A stretch of DNA of 64,000 nucleotides from Nitrospirota bacterium (GTDB taxonomy: Bacteria; Nitrospirota; UBA9217), in contig CAWJQQ010000002.1 of NCBI GenBank assembly GCA_963845065.1, positions 96,001-160,000 of the forward strand. Reading direction: 5' to 3'. The position numbers were made by a program, and so were the translations under genes. A model generated the notes under the pieces. It was given only the letters and a program-made list of their open reading frames with translations, was not told where the DNA came from and searched no databases. Numbering within the stretch: the first letter of the stretch is position 1; every line of letters begins with the position of its first letter. Shown here in pieces: positions 57,550 through 64,000 of the stretch.

Positions 57550-58641
57550 TTATTCGGATACGACGTGCAATTTTTCTCTTTCCCTGCCGGGTACCAAGTT
57601 CTGTATTTCTGTCAAGATGTCTTCAACCGCGAGCAGGGCCCCGCCCGGCCTGCCGTAGAAGGCGACCGGCGCCCTGCCGTTCACCGCCAAACGCACGTCT
57701 TCGACCATCTGCCCCAGATTCATCTCTACTACGAGGAAGCGCTCCGCATGCTCGGCGATCTGCGCGATGATCTTTTCCGGAAACGGGAAGAGCGTTATCG
57801 GCCGTATGAGGCCGGCCTTGACTCCTTCAGCCCGAGCAAGGTGAACGGCAGTTTTGGCAATACGCGCGGAGGTGCCGAAGGCTACGAGCACAATGTCGGC
57901 ATCGTCGGCCAGCATCGTCTCGTACATTACTTCACGTTCGGCCATCAGGTCGTACTTGGCCTTCAGTTTATAATTATGTTGCTCCAGCATACCATCCTCG
58001 CCGGGCAGCATGAAGAGCGAACGGATGACCTTTCCCGGCCTGCCCTTGGCCCCGGTCAATGCCCATGGCTTGTCCACCAGGACAGGTTTGATGTCGGGCA
58101 ATAGAACGGGTTCCATCATCTGGCCGAGCACGCCGTCTCCCAGTATCATGACCGGATTACGGTACTCATCTGCTTTGTCGAAGGCCCGGACCGTCAAATC
58201 CACGATCTCCTGGATAGTCGACGGTGCATAGACGAGCAACTTGTAGTCGCCGTGGCCGCCTCCCTTGACGGCCTGGAAATAGTCTGCCTGGGACGGAGAA
58301 ATGTTCCCGAGCCCCGGTCCGCCACGCTGCATGTTCACGATTACCGCTGGCAGCTCCGACGCCGCCATGAAGGAAAGCGCTTCCTGCATGAGGCTTATGC
58401 CCGGGCTCGATGACGAGGTCATGGCTCGATCGCCGACGGCGGCGGCCCCGTAAACCATATTGATCGCTGCGATCTCGCTCTCGGCCTGGATAAACGTGCC
58501 GCCGATTTCCGGCAAACGTTTCGCCATGAATTCGGGGATCTCGTTCTGGGGAGTGATGGGATATCCAAAGTAGCGCTTGCATCCGGCCCTTACTGCGGCT
58601 TCGGCAAGGGCCTCGTTACCGGTGATGAGAACTTTAGGCAT
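57550..58641 (-). CDS. 2-oxoacid:ferredoxin oxidoreductase alpha subunit (VorB-like)
   Basis: GYPITPQ, QAESE, TSSSSPG and RGGPGLG. Confidence 0.9.
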   Translation of the reverse strand: MPKVLITGNEALAEAAVRAGCKRYFGYPITPQNEIPEFMAKRLPEIGGTFIQAESEIAAINMVYGAAAVGDRAMTSSSSPGISLMQEALSFMAASELPAVIVNMQRGGPGLGNISPSQADYFQAVKGGGHGDYKLLVYAPSTIQEIVDLTVRAFDKADEYRNPVMILGDGVLGQMMEPVLLPDIKPVLVDKPWALTGAKGRPGKVIRSLFMLPGEDGMLEQHNYKLKAKYDLMAEREVMYETMLADDADIVLVAFGTSARIAKTAVHLARAEGVKAGLIRPITLFPFPEKIIAQIAEHAERFLVVEMNLGQMVEDVRLAVNGRAPVAFYGRPGGALLAVEDILTEIQNLVPGREREKLHVVSE

Positions 58642-58759
58642 GTTCGATCCTCAACGAATAAGTTTAGAAATAGGCTCACGAAGCGACACTACTGCTACTC
58701 TTGACGGTAAGTATCTTTTCCCCTGTGCTTCTGTTTCTCCGTGGTGCGTTTTATATTTT

Positions 58760-58966
58760 CTACTTCCATACTTCGATCGCAACATCAGGACACATTTCGG
58801 CACAGAGTGCACAGCCCGTACAGTCGCCTTCTTCACCGCAATACTCCACGGCATAGTACCCGTTTTTATTGAATTGTGTGCCTATCTTCAAAAGTTTTTT
58901 CACACACGCCGTCGTGCAAAGTTCACAGCCTTTGCAATATTCTATATTGATGACGATCTTGCCCAT
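58760..58966 (-). CDS. 2[4Fe-4S] ferredoxin (delta subunit)
   Basis: CKGCELCTTAC and CTGCALCAEMCP. Confidence 0.9.
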   Translation of the reverse strand: MGKIVINIEYCKGCELCTTACVKKLLKIGTQFNKNGYYAVEYCGEEGDCTGCALCAEMCPDVAIEVWK

Positions 58967-59025
58967 ATCCTTACTCCACCTGTTTCGCTATGCCTTGACT
59001 TGGTGATCCTATTATTGAGTGCCGT

Positions 59026-60689
59026 CTGACCACTCCCCATGTCTAAAGCCAGGGGGTTCTAGCGGCTGTACCGACAGGCTCTCCGGCAACAATACGAACG
59101 TTGTCGGCCTCGACTGTCGTTGATCCGCCTTTAACGGACGAGCAGCTCTGTCTCCGGTTCGTGGTGTTCTCTTGCTTGATACCGAAGCTGGTCGGATGAA
59201 TTCGACCCGTTGCCGCTTGTTGTTGCACTCTCGACACCGCCCGTTCCAGGAGCAGGTTTGCACCCGGCCAGGCTTTGGCAGCCTGACGCGTGTCGAGGAC
59301 ATCGTTAGAAACATGCTTTGCAAGGAATGCGGAATAGAGATCACGCTGGGTGCTTACCCCGCAGTTGCAGGCATGCCATCTTTGGGACAATGATTTTTTG
59401 GCTACTGTTCCGCAATGGCATGTCTGGGAAAGCTTTGTGCTCCGGGTAGAAAACTCGGTTACTTTACCGCCAGCGTTTTCGGCTTTGTGGTGAAGCATCG
59501 ACATAAACATCCCCGGAGCTCGTCGCGAAATACTTTTACCATAGAGTTTCTGAAATGCTTTGTACGACAGTTTCTCGGTCTTGATGTCGGTACCGAGAGT
59601 GAGGACTTTGTTCACGAGCTTGCCATGAGACCGTTTTCTGGTTTCAGCAAGGATTCTTTGAAGTTCGGCGAGATTAGCTTTAAGAACACGGTATTGAACA
59701 GAAAAGACCCACTGCTTTTTACCCGTTTTGATGGTTTTGTCTCCGTTGTAGTTGCCCGGGTTGGTAGCACGAAGGCTTCTGGCCATTGTGCGCTGGACGG
59801 TCTTGATACGTTTAAACGGTATCTCGACTTCAGGGCAAAATTCGAGTAGTAACGCATCGGTATCACCAACGATGGCAACTGTCGACGGGCCAATGTCAAG
59901 GCCAACGGTTTCGGTGCCAATCTGGTTCTCACGCTTGATCTTGGCCGTGCCTTTAAGCACAAGTTGGGCAAACCAGCGGGGATTGCCGCGGATAGTTTTC
60001 TTGACCAGACGAACGTACTTGACATCATGGCTAAGTGCATGAGCCTGAACGCCAAACTTGTCTTTCTTGTCGAAGACACAGTTGAGACGAAGGCCAGTCC
60101 ACTCCACATGGTCATCGCACCACCGAATACCAGATTTGTTGTTTTTACCTTCAAGGGACGACATCCAGCCATGGCGCTTGAAACGTGGTTTGCCATGCTT
60201 CCCAAACTCGTAGTCAGCGATGGCGCTATATGCTCGAGATGCTATTTTCTGGGCGGTCAGGCTGTCAATATGCTCACTGATCCAGCAGGAATTGCGGAGG
60301 ATACCGACGTAGTTGTGAAGGTGGTATTCAGTATATTCTGCCTGGGTTCTGGCTGTCTTAAACATCTTGGTGCGAAGCTTGCTTTTCTTCTTCGTGATCG
60401 CCACGAGCCATTTTTCTGATCGCCGCATGGCAGTAAGACGCTTCATCGCTTCACCAAGGCAGGCATTGTACAGATAACGGCCAGCTTCGAGCCGGGCATC
60501 GAGCATTCGATTGTCCTTTGGAGTCGCTACGAGTTGAAACTCGTGGATAAAAGATGGGGTTTTAGGTTTATTCGGCATTGGTCGTTTAAATATACCACAT
60601 AGATGTACATTTGTCTACTAATTGCTGGAAAACAAAGTTCCCGCATTCATCCCCATGGTTAAAACCAGGGGCTTTCTGCGGATAGTTTG
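59026..60689 (-). mobile_element. IS200/IS605-family element without tnpA (IS1341-type), copy 2
   Basis: Same left end after TTAC (60690-60693); right end GAAC-CCCCTGGCTTTAGACATGGGG-AGTGG-TCAG|. Confidence 0.9.
59043..60578 (-). CDS. tnpB: RNA-guided endonuclease TnpB (511 aa)
   Basis: GLDIG, KTEKL, CHCG/CNCG and QRDLYSA; close paralogue of 10770-12311. Confidence 0.9.
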   Translation of the reverse strand: MPNKPKTPSFIHEFQLVATPKDNRMLDARLEAGRYLYNACLGEAMKRLTAMRRSEKWLVAITKKKSKLRTKMFKTARTQAEYTEYHLHNYVGILRNSCWISEHIDSLTAQKIASRAYSAIADYEFGKHGKPRFKRHGWMSSLEGKNNKSGIRWCDDHVEWTGLRLNCVFDKKDKFGVQAHALSHDVKYVRLVKKTIRGNPRWFAQLVLKGTAKIKRENQIGTETVGLDIGPSTVAIVGDTDALLLEFCPEVEIPFKRIKTVQRTMARSLRATNPGNYNGDKTIKTGKKQWVFSVQYRVLKANLAELQRILAETRKRSHGKLVNKVLTLGTDIKTEKLSYKAFQKLYGKSISRRAPGMFMSMLHHKAENAGGKVTEFSTRSTKLSQTCHCGTVAKKSLSQRWHACNCGVSTQRDLYSAFLAKHVSNDVLDTRQAAKAWPGANLLLERAVSRVQQQAATGRIHPTSFGIKQENTTNRRQSCSSVKGGSTTVEADNVRIVAGEPVGTAARTPWL

Positions 60690-60757
60690 GTAAAAGGTCT
60701 CTTATACGAGTTTCACTCATGGTGCTCTGTGCTCGAAACCTTCCTAGGGTTCCGCGC

Positions 60758-60794
60758 GAGAACCCCACATGCTCTAGCGGCGGGAGGGCGTCAA
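60758..60794 (+). mobile_element. Solo IS200/IS605 right end
   Basis: GAGAACCCCACATGCTCTAGCGGCGGGAGGGCG-TCAA; related to 22801-22840. Confidence 0.6.
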
Positions 60795-62491
60795 GAAGCT
60801 CCCCGTTCGATCATCTCCTCGGCATGCTTGATTGTAGCGTCCGTAATCGTCTTGCCTCCGAGCATACGGGCGATCTCGTCCAAGCGTTCTTTGGCATCGA
60901 GAAGCCGCACCTCAGTAATTGTCCGGTCCTTCTTGACAGCTTTGTACACTCCGTAGTGGCTCGTGGCCATGCTCGCGATCTGCGCCAGATGAGTGATGCA
61001 GAATACCTGATGTTTTGCCGCGATTCGCTTAAGTTTTTTCCCGACTTCCTCTGCGACCGCTCCCCCGATGCCGGCATCGACTTCATCGAACACGAGTGTG
61101 GGAATTTCGTCACCCTCCAGGAGAATTGCCTTGAGCGCCAGCATAATGCGGGAGAGTTCGCCGCCTGATGCGATCTTCGCGAGCGGTTTCGGCTCTTCTC
61201 CGGGGTTCGGCGATATGAGAAATTCCACGCGGTCCGCACCGCGCGATCCCAGCTTGTGGCCGTCGAGCGTATCGCCGCCGGATTCCTGGGTGATCTTCAC
61301 GGAGAAGATCGTCTTTTTCATGCCGAGATGGCCAAGCTGCGTTTCGACTCTTTTTTCGAGGTCTTTCGCCGACGATCCACGCTTCTTTGTCAGTTCCGCC
61401 GATTTATCGGTCAACCCGAACTTGACCGCCTGAATTTCCGACTTCAGACGCTCGATCTCCTCAGTGCTCCGCTCCACGCGCTCTAGTTCAGCGGCAGCCT
61501 TAGCGCCGAAGTCCAGGATCTCTTCGATCGTGCTGCCATATTTTTTCTTCAGTTTCAGGATTACATCAAGCCGGTCGCCGATCTGCTCAAGGTGTTTCGG
61601 ATCGAACTCGATGTTCTCCCGGTAGGAAGATATTTCGCGGGCGGCCTCTTCAAGCTGTGCGCGGCCCGACTCGCACATCTGGGCAGCGCCCGCAAGCCTG
61701 GTGTCTATTTCAGCGAGCTCTTTCAGTCCATCGACAGCCTTTTTCAAGTTGGTAAGCACCGAATCATCGGCTGCATACAACGTATCATCCACCATGGCAG
61801 TGAGCCCGGCCAGCTTCTCCGAATTGGCCAGAACGTTCTGTTCACTCGCAAGCTTTGCGTCCTCGGTTGGCTTGAGCATAGCCGATTCAATCTCGTTTTT
61901 CTGGAACCGGAGCATGTCCTCTCGCTGTGCCCTGTCGCGCTCACCTGTTTCGAGCTCCGCCAGTTCCTTACGTACGCCCTGCAAACAGTGAAATGCGCTT
62001 GCAAAATCCTCGCGGAGGCTGTCGAGCCCGCCGAAGGCGTCCAGCATGTCCATCTGGCGGTCGAGAGACAGGAGCGACTGGTGTTCATGCTGCCCGTGGA
62101 TGTCCACGAGGTTAGTGCCGAGCGCAGATAGAGTCGTGAGATTTGCGAGACTCCCGTTGATATAGACCTTGTTCTTTCCCGACGAGGAGAGTACACGGCG
62201 CACGATCAGGTCTTCACCGGAACTTACTTCGATGCCCTGCTCCTCGAGCAGGGCAACAATCTCCTTCGTGCCGGCGTGGTTCAATTCGAATGCTGCCTCG
62301 ACTACTGCCTCCTGGCAGCCTGTACGGATAAGGTCCGCGCTTGCTCGTTCGCCCAGTGCAAGATTGAGCGCGTCGACAACAATGGACTTGCCTGCTCCTG
62401 TTTCGCCGGTAAAGACGTTCAGCCCCGGCGTGAACTCAACGCGCAGTTGGTCGATGATGGCGAAGTTTTTAATGTTCAGTTCTTTGAGCAT
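60791..62491 (-). CDS. recN: DNA repair protein RecN
   Basis: TGETGAGKS, DIHGQHEHQ, IASGGELSR, FDEVDAGIGG and CITHLAQ. Confidence 0.97.
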   Translation of the reverse strand: MLKELNIKNFAIIDQLRVEFTPGLNVFTGETGAGKSIVVDALNLALGERASADLIRTGCQEAVVEAAFELNHAGTKEIVALLEEQGIEVSSGEDLIVRRVLSSSGKNKVYINGSLANLTTLSALGTNLVDIHGQHEHQSLLSLDRQMDMLDAFGGLDSLREDFASAFHCLQGVRKELAELETGERDRAQREDMLRFQKNEIESAMLKPTEDAKLASEQNVLANSEKLAGLTAMVDDTLYAADDSVLTNLKKAVDGLKELAEIDTRLAGAAQMCESGRAQLEEAAREISSYRENIEFDPKHLEQIGDRLDVILKLKKKYGSTIEEILDFGAKAAAELERVERSTEEIERLKSEIQAVKFGLTDKSAELTKKRGSSAKDLEKRVETQLGHLGMKKTIFSVKITQESGGDTLDGHKLGSRGADRVEFLISPNPGEEPKPLAKIASGGELSRIMLALKAILLEGDEIPTLVFDEVDAGIGGAVAEEVGKKLKRIAAKHQVFCITHLAQIASMATSHYGVYKAVKKDRTITEVRLLDAKERLDEIARMLGGKTITDATIKHAEEMIERGAS

Positions 62492-62560
62492 GATGAAACA
62501 ACGCGGTCCCAGGTCCTGCGTCCGGGTCAGGGGCAAATCGATAAATTCTCCAGACCCTGT

Positions 62561-63130
62561 CTACTGGACCTTGGCCTCTTTTTTTATCGTCTCTGCTTTC
62601 TTGAGCGCAAAGCGTTCCTGGACCGATGCTCCCGCTCCACCGGCCTTGCGATAATATGCCGCGGCCTGTTCCTTTTTTCCCATGTGCTCACATACTTTAC
62701 CAGCCCAATAGTATGCCGTACTTACCCACATGCCGGATTCCGGATAAAGATCAGGTATTTTCAAAAATTCGGTGATGGCATCTGCATCCTTACCGAGCAG
62801 CAAGGAGCTGAATCCTATCCAGTACTGCGTTGCAGCGCGTTCGACACCTTTCTGGTATTGCAAAGCAGACCGATAATCATGAATTGCGCTTTGATAGTCC
62901 GCGAGTCGGAAATGACAGTCGCCGATCCGCGTGCAGAGGAAGCCCGAAGAAACATTGCTGGTTCGGGAACCGAGTAAGCGCTGATATACAGAAAGAGCTT
63001 CTGTATATCTTGCTTCGGAAAATAATGTGTTCGCTTTCGCAAGCTCACGGGAACCGGCCTGATCTGCCTGCGCAATCGATAGGCCAAATAACAAAAATAT
63101 CACGACACCCAGCAGTAGAGTCTTTTTCAT
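62561..63130 (-). CDS. Exported TPR protein
   Basis: Signal peptide and TPR-like helices. Confidence 0.8.
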   Translation of the reverse strand: MKKTLLLGVVIFLLFGLSIAQADQAGSRELAKANTLFSEARYTEALSVYQRLLGSRTSNVSSGFLCTRIGDCHFRLADYQSAIHDYRSALQYQKGVERAATQYWIGFSSLLLGKDADAITEFLKIPDLYPESGMWVSTAYYWAGKVCEHMGKKEQAAAYYRKAGGAGASVQERFALKKAETIKKEAKVQ

Positions 63131-63425
63131 CCTATTCTCCGCAATAAACTGTGTCAAATTTAACACAAAGCACAGGCTGGTTCAAGAATAAAATCTTTTT
63201 CTAATATTATTAATCATCACTCGTTCAAGTTACGTTAAGGCTTGTTTAATATGATATGTCGAAAAACAGAGCATATATGACAAATTTGTCGAATAGCATA
63301 AAACATGGCAAATCAAAGGGTTAAAAAAGCTCAGCGCTGTCACCACTCGACAATATTTTCCGAATTCATATTAGCAATACATCCATTATGGCCATAAAAT
63401 TCTTTAAATACAATATGCTTTGGTT

Positions 63426-63441
63426 TGGCACAAACATTGTA
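63426..63441 (+). promoter_or_regulatory. Putative sigma54 promoter
   Basis: TGGCAC-AAACA-TTGTA, one mismatch to TGGCAC-N5-TTGCW. Confidence 0.45.
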
Positions 63442-63606
63442 TTAGAATCCGGCAAAGCATGAACAATGGGCACTGTCAATCCCCCATCCTTCCTACCCAG
63501 GAGGAAAACCCCTGACAGTGTCCATTGTTCGAGCTTCTTCACCTTCACGAAAGAATGATGCATAAGACCGCATGGGATCAGCATCGTAAATGCAAAGGAG
63601 AACATC

Positions 63607-63942
63607 ATGTTTTTCAACGGCAATGGGTGCCATAACATAGGCCCTCAAGAGTTACGCGAAAAAATGAATTCTGGGAAAGACTTTCTCCTGCTCGACGTTA
63701 GAACGCCGATGGAGCATTCAGCTCAATCTATAAAGGGGTCATACCTGCTCCCACTCCAGGAACTCGGGCATCGTCTGGATGAGATCCCCAAGAACAAGGA
63801 AATCGTAGTTTATTGCAGAGTTGGAAACCGGAGCGCCTATGCCTGTTCCTATCTCTCGCGTTTGGGATACAAGGTCAATAATCTCGAAGGCGGGATCATG
63901 TCATGGGATATGTCCGACCGAGTTTCGCTGGCAACGGCTTAA
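63607..63942 (+). CDS. Rhodanese-like domain protein
   Basis: LLDVRTP and YCRVGNRS...LEGGI; AAGGAG RBS. Confidence 0.9.
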   Translation: MFFNGNGCHNIGPQELREKMNSGKDFLLLDVRTPMEHSAQSIKGSYLLPLQELGHRLDEIPKNKEIVVYCRVGNRSAYACSYLSRLGYKVNNLEGGIMSWDMSDRVSLATA

Positions 63943-64000
63943 CAGTAATTGAAACAAGGCCATTGAATTGCGAGACCGGGAAAATTTTTTCTATTCTCGT

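Noticed and set aside
1..64000. CRISPR array associated with the TnpB/Cas12-like proteins
   Set aside because: No regularly spaced direct repeats were seen near either gene or elsewhere; both genes are bounded by IS ends instead.

Overview
A mostly minus-strand chromosomal window from an anaerobic Gram-negative bacterium; gene content and order suggest Nitrospirota/Thermodesulfovibrionia or a deltaproteobacterial-type lineage (inference). The housekeeping backbone includes hrpB, ftsY-zapA-6S RNA-rarA-rny-ymdB-xseA, an Rrf2-iscS-iscU-tusA cluster, mdh/fumarase/apt, uppS-cdsA-dxr-rseP-ispG-proS, cysK and recN. There is also a c-di-GMP/chemotaxis set: a REC-PilZ protein, an MCP-PhnD fusion, a stand-alone MshEN protein and a HEAT + HD-GYP pair. 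A hidden layer of mobile DNA is not explained by the ORF track. (1) Two complete tnpA-less IS200/IS605 elements each encode a ~510-aa TnpB with intact RuvC motifs, IS608-like ends, a TTAC target and readable guides. (2) A 385-bp protein-free IS200/IS605 mini-element between cdsA and dxr carries its own promoter and a structured omega-RNA-like sequence. (3) Several solo IS200/IS605 ends occur, and IS200/IS605 ends supply the stop codons of zapA, cdsA and recN. (4) A transposase-less 1.25-kb cassette with ISL3/ISPpu12-like inverted repeats and an 8-bp target duplication carries an AbiEii-type toxin-antitoxin pair. (5) A complete IS1595-family element lies upstream of rseP. No CRISPR array, rRNA or tRNA was seen. 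All family assignments come from motif recognition by eye, not from database searches.
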